NCBI GenBank assembly: GCA_032718475.1
Contig: JAUCBJ010008188.1
Span: 1-38,050, forward strand
From: Nemertoderma westbladi
Lineage: Eukaryota; Animalia; Xenacoelomorpha
Length of the DNA stretch: 38,050 nucleotides
Direction: 5' to 3'
The notes beneath the pieces are model-generated. The model was given only the letters and a program-made list of their open reading frames with translations, searched no databases and had not been told where the DNA came from. The translations under genes and the position numbers were made by a program. This document shows positions 1 through 10,642 of this stretch, piece by piece; within the stretch, counting starts at the first letter, position 1; the number at the start of each line of letters is the position of its first letter.

Positions 1-2
1 GT

Positions 3-320
3 AATCACATAATACTGCGCAAACGCATCTCACAGATTCGGTGCTCATCTCATCAGTTAGAAGTTGAGCGTGGTCGTTGGTACAATGTAGAACGCTCTAA
101 CCGATTTTGTCAAATTTGCAATAACAATAGTATAGAAGATGAGTTTCATTTCCTTTTAGAATGCAGTGCTTACTCAGAGTTGAGAGTAAAATATCTTGGA
201 AATTACTTCTCAAGGTACCCCACCAAAATAAAATTATCCGAATTATATGCATGTTTATATAAAGAATCTGCTGAAAAAATGGTGAATCTAGGCTTATTTA
301 TAATTTATGGTTTTTTGTGA
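3..320 (+). mobile_element. 3' end of a non-LTR retrotransposon ORF2 (RTE-X-like C-terminal zinc knuckle), cut by the window edge
   Basis: Frame 3 translates ...QIRCSSHQLEVERGRWYNVERSNRFCQICNNNSIEDEFHFLLECSAYSELRVKYL...*; the CxxC...EDEFHFLLEC motif is typical of LINE ORF2 C-termini. Confidence 0.8.
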
Positions 321-722
321 AGAAACACTTTATTAATTAATTAAGTGCTCGTTATAAATATCAATTTCTAAATAATCGATATTATTACTATAATAATGGT
401 TGAACGGTTTATTGTTTATATTTGCTCTGCTGGGCCATTCTGTTATATTATAATCCGGTAATTGTATTTAATAATGTATAAATTCATGTCTAATTTAAGT
501 ACTGTATACTGGAGTTGTGCAATTTTAAGTAGACCCTTAATTGGGTACAGTTAATTGATTAAATTACTACTACTTAACTATACTAATTGAGGGAAACGGG
601 CTGGTTACAGATTCTGACTTTATAACCAAAACAAATGATCGATATATCTAGGCTCGATAGATCTAGGCTATCGCAGTACTGTAGGCTAGGTACTATAATT
701 ATTGTCTGTTCGAGAACGGCAT

Positions 723-969
723 ATACATACAATATTGCAATGTTCTAAAGTTAATATACGGAAATAATAACCTGAAGCGAATAAAACTGAATAATCACTG
801 TTGCCGTTCCAGAAGCAAATTAACCTGTATAATTACCGAGGCCGCAGGCCGAGGTTATTATATTAGGTTAATTTGCTGAAGGATAAGGCAGAAGTGATTA
901 TTCAGTTTTATTCGCTGAAGGTTTTAATTTCCGTATATTAACTCTAGAACATTGCAATATTGTGTTTAT
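723..969. mobile_element. Palindromic MITE (whole element is an imperfect hairpin)
   Basis: Left arm CAATATTGCAATGTTCTAAAGTTAATATACGGAAA...GCGAATAAAACTGAATAATCAC is reverse-complemented at 894-963; centre GAGGCCGCAGGCCGAGG. Confidence 0.75.
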
Positions 970-1091
970 TGTTAATTTGAACATATTGAACGAACAACAT
1001 GGCAGCATAGTTTGTATTTTTAAGGATCGTTTTCTAATACAAAGACGCGTATTCAATTTTTTCAAGCCTTGCGTAGCATTTAAATCCATTT

Positions 1092-1265
1092 CCTTGAATT
1101 AATATCGCTCCAGAGGTCGTGGGGTTCTACCCCTGCAGGCGGGCCAGAGTAGTGTTAGTTTTGGCACAAATGCTAAAACGGACTAACCAACCCAGGGCGC
1201 GCACATATTTGCTTTGTTACTTAAATGGTCGTTAAATGAGTACCAGTTATCTTCTTTGCCTGTAA
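1092..1265 (+). mobile_element. Degenerate tRNA-derived SINE, same family as 24602-24800
   Basis: GAGGTCGTGGGGTTCTACCCC...GGGCCAGAGTAGT...TTGGCACAAATG...CTTAAATGGTCGTTAAATGAGTAC aligns by eye with GAGGTTGTGGGTTCAACCCC...GGGCCAAGGTAGT...TCGGCACGAATG...CTTAAATGGTAGCTAAATGAGTAC. Confidence 0.6.
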
Positions 1266-1609
1266 GAAGTATAGTTAGAAAATTTAAATGTTACGACTGG
1301 AAATGAGTCGTGAGAGCTTCTTTTGTATTTTTCGTACTTGTTACTAGGAGGTCTCCTTGTTTTTTTTCGTTTCCGCACTCATTGCCTCTAACATAAGGTA
1401 AGGACGACCGAATCTCTGCAACTACTGTATATTTTTTTAATTATCATATTTAATAAATTGTTGCAGAAATAATGTTCTTTTATTTTCTTCAATACTAGGC
1501 TCTTTTCACTGATGTGATAAATAAATAAAGATAAGGCAACATTCATAATAATAATACGATTTGTTGGTATTTTTAAAAACACTAGCTACTGTATATGTAA
1601 AATGGCTCA

Positions 1610-2010
1610 AAGAAACGAGAACATATTAAACCTGTGCTCAAATATTTCCACTGGTTGCCTGTATTGCGACGCATTGACTTTAAGATTGTACTTATAGTAT
1701 ATAAGTGTATCAATGGCTACGCTCCGAGCTATTTAAAGAATTTGCTGACCCGGTACATTCCTCATCGTTCTCTGCGTTCAGGTGATGATGAACTAACTCT
1801 GGTTGCGCCTCGTTATCGGCTAGAAAGTTACGGGAGGCGGGCTTTCTCAGTTGCCGGGCCCCGTTTATGGAACGCTCACCCTTATTCGGTCCGCAGCTAC
1901 TTTTCGTTAGAATACGTAATTAACTAATTGTGTACGCGTACCTGCGCCTTGATTTATTGTCCTTAAAAGGCGCGTTATAAATAAATTATTATTATTATTA
2001 TTATTATTAT
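1610..2010 (+). mobile_element. L2-clade LINE 3' fragment with (ATT)n tail
   Basis: ORF 1634-1927 HWLPVLRRIDFKI...APSYL...RSLRS...YGRRAFSVAGPRLWN is the classic L2 ORF2 C-terminus; followed by a GCGCCTT...AAGGCGC stem-loop and (ATT)n at about 1986-2010. Confidence 0.85.
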
Positions 2011-2659
2011 ATACAATTTTTATGAATACACTAACTACCATTGAAAACACTAGCTACCACAAAAATTTATCATGTAATGACTCCACAATATGTCCCAGAA
2101 CATAAAACAGCTATACAAAGCTATAAAATGGTGACACGGGTTAGTTACACTAGTACCCCCCCCCCCCCCCCCCCCTCCCCGTAAAATTTAATGAAAATAA
2201 TAAGATGGCAAACAACGAAATAATCTTAAGTTTTTTTATGCCGTTTCTATCTAATTTAATGATGCTCACATGGCTTTTGGTGAGGTCAGTTTGTACTGTA
2301 ATTAAGAGTTATCATTCTTACGAATACTGGAGTAGAATTAAGAAAAGAGTATAATTTTAGGAAAAATGGTATCATAGGCCTACAACATTTACTGTATAGA
2401 ACATTTTTTTAAAAATAATTTATGATTATAATTGTAGCTAGTTTCCGTAGCAATATGCGAAAATTAACAATAAACGGATATAATACTGGTTTGTTGCCCC
2501 AGAAATGTGTTAACAAAAAGCGAGAATTAATGATAAACCCACATAAAGTATTTATTCATCGGAAATCATGCATGTACAGTATAGTATATGCGTCTCAAAA
2601 GGAACAGCATCAACATCGTAACAATTAGTGCAGTACTTGGAAATAATATATTAGCGTTG

Positions 2660-2785
2660 ACCCATGTGAATAAGTATACCAGACTATTTGCTGTATATTT
2701 CACTTTGCAGTTATAACCCCATGTGAAGAATACAGTACCACACGTATTCACTAAAAACACAGGTTCTAGAAGAGCTGAATCTAAC
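2660..2785 (-). repeat. Dispersed repeat fragment, inverted copy of about 25150-25260 (probable non-autonomous DNA transposon)
   Basis: TTTCACTTTGCAGTTA..CCCCATGTGAAGAATA...AAAAACACAGGTT..AGAAG.GCTGAAT matches the reverse complement of 25150-25260. Confidence 0.65.
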
Positions 2786-2809
2786 AGTACAGGTTATATG
2801 ATAGACATA

Positions 2810-2923
2810 GGGTGGTTTGAATAATATATATAATTTTAAATTAAAATTAAATTACTTAAATTAAAAATTAATTTAACTTAAATTTAAATTTAATATTTGA
2901 ATAATAATATATTCAAACCACCC
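2810..2923. mobile_element. Small MITE-like element with 14-bp terminal inverted repeats and an almost pure A/T interior
   Basis: GGGTGGTTTGAATA (2810) ... TATTCAAACCACCC (2923). Confidence 0.5.
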
Positions 2924-4440
2924 ATAAGCTTTATAAAACACTTAATAAGGATAAATTAAAAAAAAATACAAATTATTCATATAAATTTTCAATCATATTC
3001 CGACCGAAAAGTTACTTGTAGGGGCGTATTGTCTTCACATGGTCGACAGCATTAGTAATTAAACAACAGGAAAATATTTAAAATATGTTCAATTGATATT
3101 GCGGCAATAAATAATAAAAGCGGCAATCATGAGAGTGATTTAATTATTTACATATACTGTACATTATTTTGAAACGCCGCAATATCAAGCATTCAATATG
3201 TAAGCAAGAATGCAGTAGCCTCTATCAGAACATTCAATAACAATTAATAGCCACTTCAGCTAAGCATACATTCACCAGTATGATTGGAACAACTGGTTGG
3301 AGTAACTCGAACTCGAATGAAAGCTACTCCCATATCAGGGGTATTTGTTATATTTGGGTTATTAATTAATTATTACCCATGAATTACAGTATTACAACCG
3401 CAAATATAACATAGCCTGAGGTCTAGGTCATCATCACTTGAATTTGGCAGGAGCTCAATTCCGTCGTGTAATTTGATGAATTTTGGTTGGCAGTCACGTG
3501 GTCGGAGGGAAATTTAAAAACAACAAGGTGAATTTCATTCCTACAGGAACAGTTTTATTACTTTACTGTATTACATACAGTACATCAGTATTAAATATCT
3601 TACTTACTATCATACCATACTACTGTACTAGTCTGCTAGTTGCTAGTTCAGCAGTGACAGAGTTACGGCCTACATGACACTTGGAGCTTGGTGCTGTGGT
3701 GTGGTGTCATAATAATAACTACCGGTACCGGTACCTACTGTATATAGTGCACACAGGCACTTGCACATGCTGATAGGCCCTTTTCAGCTATTAGTACTGT
3801 AGTACAGCTGTACGAGCGTACCACACCGGTGGTACTGCTATCAGTGCGATGTACTGTTACTGTACCGGTTCTGCTCTGCGGTTGCCTATATACAGCAATA
3901 TGGCTGGCTGGCGGTTGGTACTGTAGTTTATTATGGCAAATGGTAGGCCTACAGCCAAACAGGGGACAGCCTCCTACAGTCCTAGCCTAGCACCATTCTG
4001 CCATTCCCAGTAGTAATCCTGTAATCTGACAGTGCAGTCAGTGTGTACAGTGTACCTAAACCTAGTACAGTAGTAGACTACCTGACTACTGCTAGCCTGT
4101 ATCTGTGTATTGCTATACCAGTATTCCGGTACTGTACTGTATGTATATCAGTATATCATATATCACTGCTGCCCAGCTGTCATAGCCCCTTTTGGTATCG
4201 TACTGTTGCTTTACGTACACTACAGCACTAGTAGGGCTAGACAGCAAGACGTATAGATACTGAGATAGCACACAATGTACAGGCAACAGTGCGACAGACT
4301 ACATTTTAAACAGAACTGCAGTCGCAGTGCAATAAATATGTAATAATTAATTTTATACATTTATGTTTCACTTAATAATTTAAAAGGTGTATTAATTAGG
4401 TTAATTGGGAATCACAATAAACTATTTTAATTAATATATT

Positions 4441-6933
4441 ATGGAACATTGCTCTTCCTTTCCTGTCATATTAAGGTGCATGCAATTAATTTCTTACGAC
4501 GACAGCTTCGCGAATAACAAGTCACTACAAGCCGATGTTTTACAAAGCGTAGAAGATCTTCTAAAAGAAGATGATTTATCCTTCTCTGAAATTAAACGTA
4601 ATGTTTCGTTTATTTTCGACTCCATCTTCCAAAAACTTGTCCTAGTATTCGATTCGGACGAGGTATGTTCCCGCACTCTACCGTGGTACCATCTGTTAAT
4701 AAAATATTCGGAACGCGAACTAATATCCAACCATGTATTCTACAACTCTCTCCGCGTTATCGTTCCACATATTTACCAAAATCCGGAAGTTTCTTTATCC
4801 ATTAAAAACGTCATTAAACTATTATTGAATGACGAAGTAGGTTTGAAATCATTCCCCGGTATCCACTTATTGTCGCGCTTACTGTTCTACTTTCCGGCGG
4901 CATGCTCAAAATTTTCTAATGAAATAGAAGATCAGTTGTTAAAGACCTTGGACCAGCGGAAGTACGCAGTTCTCGTTAGTCGCTGCTTCGCACTGCTTGT
5001 TAGATCAGTGGCGACTTCCACTCATATTAGCGGCAAGAGTAAACAAGATATATTCGCCGAGAAATGGCTTATAAACTTCGACAAGATTATCGCCATGTTG
5101 AGGGTGTTTTGGGGTCTAATAAACGATAATTTTGGCACTCAGATAAATGACTACCAATTTCCTGATAAAAAAGATGTACTAAAAGTGACTCTGGAATTAC
5201 ACAAAGACAGCCAATCTAGAATCATTCAATGTGCTTGTATCTATGAATCATTATGCGATTACGCAGTTGCTATGCTCCGAGTCGGGGGGAATAATGTTAT
5301 ACAAGTCCCGGTTTTAGATATATTAAACTTATTTAACTCGCTTTGTAAGAAGAACCAGCGTGCGACAACTAATACTCTAGATTCATCCACTGGTTTGTTA
5401 TCTGTGATACAACCTAATATATTGTGCCAATCTTGTAACGTTATTCATCAAGTTATCGCGACTTGTAAGTTGCAGGTTTCCCCTCACGTTTTGTCTGTTA
5501 ATAAGTTAATGTTGGCGTATTTAACTTTGAATACATCGGCTGGTGAGTGGTTCTCACAGAAATTAGAAGGGTCGGTTTACAATGTCCTCCGAGCTTTGGG
5601 GGTCACTCTTCGAGTTAATTCTGGACTGGAGGGCTTCGCTACTGAGTTATTGGATTTCGCTTTGAATGATATTTCCGTTTCTAGAATTAATATAAAAGAA
5701 ATACCTGTTGTTTCTTCAGTAAAACAATCTAACAGATCAAAAAAAGGTAAACTGGACAGCTGGACTACCGATCTTGTTGGACTTGCATCTTCTCGTGGGT
5801 TCAATTTCTGCAATCCTAGGGGCTGGTCGTTGTGCAAAGCTTCTCTTGATTTAATATCGACGTTATTCGAAGTTATTGGTTGTTACATGACGCCAACGTC
5901 GCATAAAAAAGTTCAAGAGTTCGTAATTCAGATGATAATTAATGTACAATCCCTCATGGAATCGAATTGCGTTTTACCCCTGCCATACTCCCACCCCCAG
6001 TGCCGTGTAGCGCTTTACTCCTTACTCATGGCTACTGTAACTCATTCCCATGGCAACTGGTTACCCCCTACCGGTTTCTCGGTGGACCTTATAGACCGAG
6101 CTTTGCGTCTCGACACCGACCCCGCTGTACTGTCGTTCTGCACACGCAGCTGCGGACTTCTTGGTTCGTTGGTTAACCCTCGTATTCCTTCGATACAACC
6201 GCCTCTCAACATCGTCGAGATCGCAAACCTGATAGAGAAACCAGTCGCGTCTACCCGCAGTAACCATAGGTTACCAACTAGTCGTATTACGAATCGACTG
6301 CGAGACGAAATGACAGGTCCGTCTTACAGACTATCAAGGCAACCGGGTCCGTCTGTTAGAACCGAACCAATGTCCATCGACAACCAGCAGACTTATATTC
6401 GAGATAACCCAGGGGAAACACTTAGTGACTCTGTTTTAGTTCCCAAAGAAACCGCTTGTACTCAGAAGGAGAACATATCGAATGGGTTTCTAGACGGGTC
6501 TGCTGATCCACAACCAACCGAAAGGAAAGAGTCAGACGTGTTAAATACCTCTCAACTCCCACCTAAAGCCAAAAGCAGCCAGGAGGTCCTAATAGATCGT
6601 CAAATCGCTGGTGTTGAAATGTCAAGCGACCTTCCAACCCCCAAATATGTTGAATCGATTATTCAACTTGACGAAAATGTATCTGCAAACCGTAAAAGGT
6701 CTGCCGTCAAGGGTCTAAATGTTACTGATGATAGAGATAATCCTTCAGAAGCTAAACTTAGCAAACATGACAACGAAGATGCTGGTAGTAGATCCACAGC
6801 TATTGGTAATGTTAATGGTATTGGGGAGGATTCCAGCAGTCTGTCTAGAGAAACGACCAGTAAACCTTGCGATTATGATTTAAATGAAATGTTGAATTGT
6901 TTCGTACCGGATTTACTGGAGGATGAGACGTAG
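4441..6933 (+). CDS. PELP1: PELP1/Rix1 homolog (rixosome scaffold, pre-60S processing), 830 aa, single ORF
   Basis: Leu-rich helical N-terminal region; PYSHPQCRVALYSLL...PPTG...DTDPAVLSFC...LVNPRIPSIQPP resembles the PELP1 middle domain (human, from memory: PYTSSRCRRELYCLL...EVSSFCSEAL...HPRVPPLQP); disordered tail ending in EMLNCFVPD, like PELP1 AMLADFID. Start codon unverified. Confidence 0.85.
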   Translation: MEHCSSFPVILRCMQLISYDDSFANNKSLQADVLQSVEDLLKEDDLSFSEIKRNVSFIFDSIFQKLVLVFDSDEVCSRTLPWYHLLIKYSERELISNHVFYNSLRVIVPHIYQNPEVSLSIKNVIKLLLNDEVGLKSFPGIHLLSRLLFYFPAACSKFSNEIEDQLLKTLDQRKYAVLVSRCFALLVRSVATSTHISGKSKQDIFAEKWLINFDKIIAMLRVFWGLINDNFGTQINDYQFPDKKDVLKVTLELHKDSQSRIIQCACIYESLCDYAVAMLRVGGNNVIQVPVLDILNLFNSLCKKNQRATTNTLDSSTGLLSVIQPNILCQSCNVIHQVIATCKLQVSPHVLSVNKLMLAYLTLNTSAGEWFSQKLEGSVYNVLRALGVTLRVNSGLEGFATELLDFALNDISVSRINIKEIPVVSSVKQSNRSKKGKLDSWTTDLVGLASSRGFNFCNPRGWSLCKASLDLISTLFEVIGCYMTPTSHKKVQEFVIQMIINVQSLMESNCVLPLPYSHPQCRVALYSLLMATVTHSHGNWLPPTGFSVDLIDRALRLDTDPAVLSFCTRSCGLLGSLVNPRIPSIQPPLNIVEIANLIEKPVASTRSNHRLPTSRITNRLRDEMTGPSYRLSRQPGPSVRTEPMSIDNQQTYIRDNPGETLSDSVLVPKETACTQKENISNGFLDGSADPQPTERKESDVLNTSQLPPKAKSSQEVLIDRQIAGVEMSSDLPTPKYVESIIQLDENVSANRKRSAVKGLNVTDDRDNPSEAKLSKHDNEDAGSRSTAIGNVNGIGEDSSSLSRETTSKPCDYDLNEMLNCFVPDLLEDET

Positions 6934-8124
6934 AATAGTATTTCTTTAGTTGATTGGCGGGTAATTTTGTATGTTTGCCGTTTAAGGTTGGAAGGAAATA
7001 TATTTAGAATTAATATTTACAATTATATTATAAAGTATACAATATACTAAATATTATGATATACTAAAATTAAACACGAACACATTTCCTGCTACGAACC
7101 CCATGCATTTGCAGCCATCTGACTGCAGCAAATGTCATGGGAAGGGATTCCTTTGTTGGATTCGGATATGTCAAACAATGAAATCAACGCGTTTCAGTTG
7201 TGAAGCGACTAATTACTAATTAAAGACTATTTACACCATTGTGTGAAAGGTATCACTTTTCAGCGCTACGACCCTGAGTGTATTTACGTACTTGGCGAGC
7301 GCAACGAGGAAGGTTTACGTAATTTTGATACATTATGTCAACTTATCAGCGTTCTGTATACTATTGTAATATTTAGGAATATTAATGAAATTCAGATACT
7401 TTTTTGATCGCAAACTTAACTTACATTGGCTATCATAAATAGGTAATACTCAAAACATGTTCTAGAAGATTATAGTTGCTAAGTTAGTTACTTGGCTGCG
7501 TTCCGTCCTATAGGCTGATAGGCCGCAACACTGCAAAGTGGTACTTTGCTGCGTTACAAGGATATCACCAGAACACACTGATAACTTGACATAATTTACA
7601 AATTTATTGAACATGTATTCTTAATATAAGATACTATTATTACAACACAGTGCAAATTAGTACAATTAATGGATAATACGTTGGAATGTGAATAGGACGG
7701 AGTGACGGACGTTAGTTCGAATCTCGTTAGATATCACAATGAATTGTTTAGTAATTAATTGTGTGTGTGTGTATTCTAATTACGTAATCGTAATGTGACG
7801 TTAACATTTGGGATGTATTTTTGCTACAACCGTATACTATAATTTAATAGGATAGTAATAAAAGTGAATAGTGAAGTGAATAAGTAAGAAGTGACAAGTG
7901 AATAAAGCGTGAATGAAAGTAGTGAGAAACAAATGTGAACGTGAAAAAGTTATTTTATAAACATGGGAATGGAAATGACTAACTTAAGTATAAGTGGGTT
8001 TATAGTCCACGGTTCAAGGTTAAACAGGCTACCCATGGCTGGTTTCTTAGGAATTGTTATTTCAATAAATCTACAATAAGGAGTTTTAATAAATGTGACT
8101 GCATACAGACATGGTAACTGGTTT

Positions 8125-8829
8125 CTATCTGAGGGGGCCCTTGGGTGAAGGGAGTAACCGAATTTGGAAGGACAGTTTCAACCGATCACCCTCCCTCCAC
8201 CCCTCGATCTGATCGATAACATCCTCGATCGTGTAATATGGTGGCAGTATATTATCACCGTGAAATAAATCCACAACGCAGTTAAACCCTACGTGGTACT
8301 TTCTCCCCAACAATTGGGCGAGTGGCCCTATAAGGGTGTGCTTACCACAACTAAACCGACGGGGCTTAAACTGCTTGTACGTTGAATGCGGCCGCACCAC
8401 CGCAACTGCTTCTTTATAGCCGGAACTATCGGAAGAGGTTAACTCTAGGCGAGCTTGCTGCTCCAAATGGTAGGCTAAGTAATAGTCTACCTCGAGACCA
8501 ACCTTCTCTCCTAATTGTTTCGCTTTACTTTTAATAACATCGCGTTCGAAAGTCCGTCTTCTTTCCGACTCGTTAAGGTACAACTTTGGTATTAATTTAT
8601 AAACTAAATGGCTGAGGGTTTTATCTTCTTTTAGGATGCGAAAAGGGTCGGATTTTGGGATTTTTGTGTCGCACATGGGGCACGATCTGTTGCTTTCGCT
8701 CTTCGCAATGTTTTTTATGTATTTTACGATACAAGTTTTGCAGAAACTGTGCAAACATTCCACGATGCAGGTAGCGTTTATGAGGTATCCGTTACACAGC
8801 GCGCAAATTATATGGGGGTTCAGTTTGGA
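8125..8829 (-). CDS. PCGF: Still-open 3' part of the PCGF gene: full C3HC4 RING plus C-terminal RAWUL domain, without its ATG
   Basis: [35 protein letters not shown]...CPMC...DKTLSHLVYKLIPKL...ERRR matches the BMI1/Psc RING and helix; RRFSC...YYTIEDV...WREG..LKLSFQI matches RAWUL. Confidence 0.8.
   Translation of the reverse strand, partial: SKLNPHIICALCNGYLINATCIVECLHSFCKTCIVKYIKNIAKSESNRSCPMCDTKIPKSDPFRILKEDKTLSHLVYKLIPKLYLNESERRRTFERDVIKSKAKQLGEKVGLEVDYYLAYHLEQQARLELTSSDSSGYKEAVAVVRPHSTYKQFKPRRFSCGKHTLIGPLAQLLGRKYHVGFNCVVDLFHGDNILPPYYTIEDVIDQIEGWREGDRLKLSFQIRLLPSPKGPLR
8749..8829. repeat. 81-bp target-site duplication, left copy (right copy 10137-10217)
   Basis: GTGCAAACATTCCACG...GGGGGTTCAGTTTGGA is identical at both ends of the RTE. 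Confidence 0.95.
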
Positions 8830-10136
8830 TTCTATTAAATCGCATCAGGGATCCCATTGAGAGACTGCTCCGTGGAAATCAGAATGGGTTCCGTAAAGGT
8901 CGTGGGACCATGGAGCCCATTTTGGCACTTAGAAGGATAATTGAAGAATTATCAAAAAAGAAAGACAGGCATCTGGCTGTTATCTTTGTTGACTTCTTCA
9001 AGGCCTTTGATTCAGTCTCTCGCTCACGTATGTTCAGCATACTTTCATTATATGGGATTCCTGATGAAATTATTGCAGCAATCAGATCAGTATACGATGG
9101 TTCGACAACATTTGTATCTACTGTTGACGGTGACACAGAACCATTTGAAGTGTTATGGGGCGTCCTCCAAGGAGACACACTTGCACCATTCTTGTTCATT
9201 ATTGTGGTTGACTATGTTCTACGCATGTCCTTAGATCATCATAATGATGATGGGGTGATGATAACTCCACCTACTGGCTCCAGAAGTCGAGGAAATCCTG
9301 CCAAGTACCTAACTGATCTAGACTTTGCTGATGACTTAGGAGTACTCTCAGAATCATTAGAGGGAGCCCAACGGCTCCTCAGCTCATTAGAACATGCTGC
9401 TTCTAGTGTTGGTCTTTTTATTAACTCCAGAAAGACCAAAATTCTGACAGTTAACTTTGAAAGTCCTCAGCAAGTCTCTGATCGGATGAGCATAAGCTCA
9501 AAGGATGGTATGCTTGAGCATGTGGACGACTTCTGTTACCTGGGATCATGGATCCGGAAGTCAGGTGAGGACCTTCGAATACGTAAGGGAAAGGCATGGG
9601 CAGCCTTGAATAGGCTTTCCAGGATTTGGAAGTCACCGAGAATTAATCGGAAACTTAAGGTCCGATTATTTAGAGCAGCAGTAGTTCCAGTACTCCTCTA
9701 TGGGAGTCCATGCTGGGCTCTAACTGCTGAGGACACCAAATCTCTGGATGGCACATTCACAAGAATGCTACGCCGGGTTCATTGTGTCAAGTACAATGCA
9801 CACATCTCCAACCAGACACTATATAACATTGGAGGTGTCTCATTGGTTCCCCCAAGCTTGACACTAGAACAAAATCGCCTCCGCTTTGCAGGACATTGCT
9901 TTCGCCGTGAGGACCAGCCAGTGCATAATCTTGTACTTTGGCAGCCTCATGGAGTGAATAAGCATGGTGGACAGCCCATGACTTTCTTGAGACGCATCTT
10001 AAAGGACACTGGCCTTAAAGATGCGGATGATCTAGCAAATGTCATGGGTGATAGGGAGTTGTGGCGGTGCAATTTTGTTGACAAGCCGGCACAGCATTCT
10101 TAAAAATGCAGCATGCCGATCCTAGTAGTAGTAGTA
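8830..10136 (+). mobile_element. 5'-truncated RTE-clade LINE with an open RT frame and (TAG)n tail
   Basis: Frame open 8829-10103: ILLNRI...QNGFRKGRG, FVDFFKAFDSV, GVLQGDTLAPFLF, DLDFADD, FCYLGS, PVLLYG; short 3' UTR and TAG repeats at 10123-10137; long TSD. Confidence 0.95.
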
Positions 10137-10217
10137 GTGCAAACATTCCACGATGCAGGTAGCGTTTATGAGGTATCCGTTACACAGCGCGCAAATTATA
10201 TGGGGGTTCAGTTTGGA
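10137..10217. repeat. 81-bp target-site duplication, right copy
   Basis: Exact copy of 8749-8829. Confidence 0.95.
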
Positions 10218-10512
10218 AAGGGAAACTTTCTTCTCGCATGTCAATCTGAACGACATTGCAATTGACGTGCGGTTTACAGTTAAACTCTTGTATTCAGGTC
10301 GTTCAGGTACTCATTCAATACTAATGCAGTAATAGCAGAATAGTTGCACATACCGAAATAACACAGGTAGGCGTACAACCGGTACCAGTATACTACTGCA
10401 GTACTATTTACTGTTCGCGGAGGAAATGATGAATGATGATGCGAGGATCCAACTCGAGCTCTATGCTGTTCAAGCCGCTAGGGGGCATGCGAGCAGTAGT
10501 CTTGTGGGCGGG

Positions 10513-10642
10513 GTTTCCAGGATTTGGAAGTCACACATAATTCATCGGAAACTTAAGGTCCGATTATTTATTATTTAGAGCAGCAGTCGGGCTCTAACTG
10601 CTGAGGACACCAAATCTCTGGACGGCACATTCACAAGAATGC
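10513..10642 (+). mobile_element. Decayed internal fragment of the same RTE family
   Basis: TTTCCAGGATTTGGAAGTCAC...GGAAACTTAAGGTCCGATTATTT...GGGCTCTAACTGCTGAGGACACCAAATCTCTGGA.GGCACATTCACAAGAATGC matches about 9615-9768 with an internal deletion. Confidence 0.85.

Larger units (their letters stand above)
8125..10256 (-). pseudogene. PCGF: BMI1/PCGF-type Polycomb RING finger gene disrupted by an RTE insertion (reconstructed protein 247 aa)
   Basis: ATG at 10256 gives [40 protein letters not shown], then runs into the LINE tail (YYYY-stop). Removing the LINE and one TSD copy restores a continuous RING + RAWUL frame. Confidence 0.85.

Noticed and set aside
4494-6267. Short ORFs overlapping PELP1, and similar ones overlapping the RTE and pol
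   Set aside because: Shadow frames of long real ORFs
8826-8845. Splice rescue of PCGF using the antisense-LINE acceptor TTTAATAG next to the junction
   Set aside because: It needs a phase-1 donor in the first 13 codons; the GT sites there are weak and in phase 0 or 2
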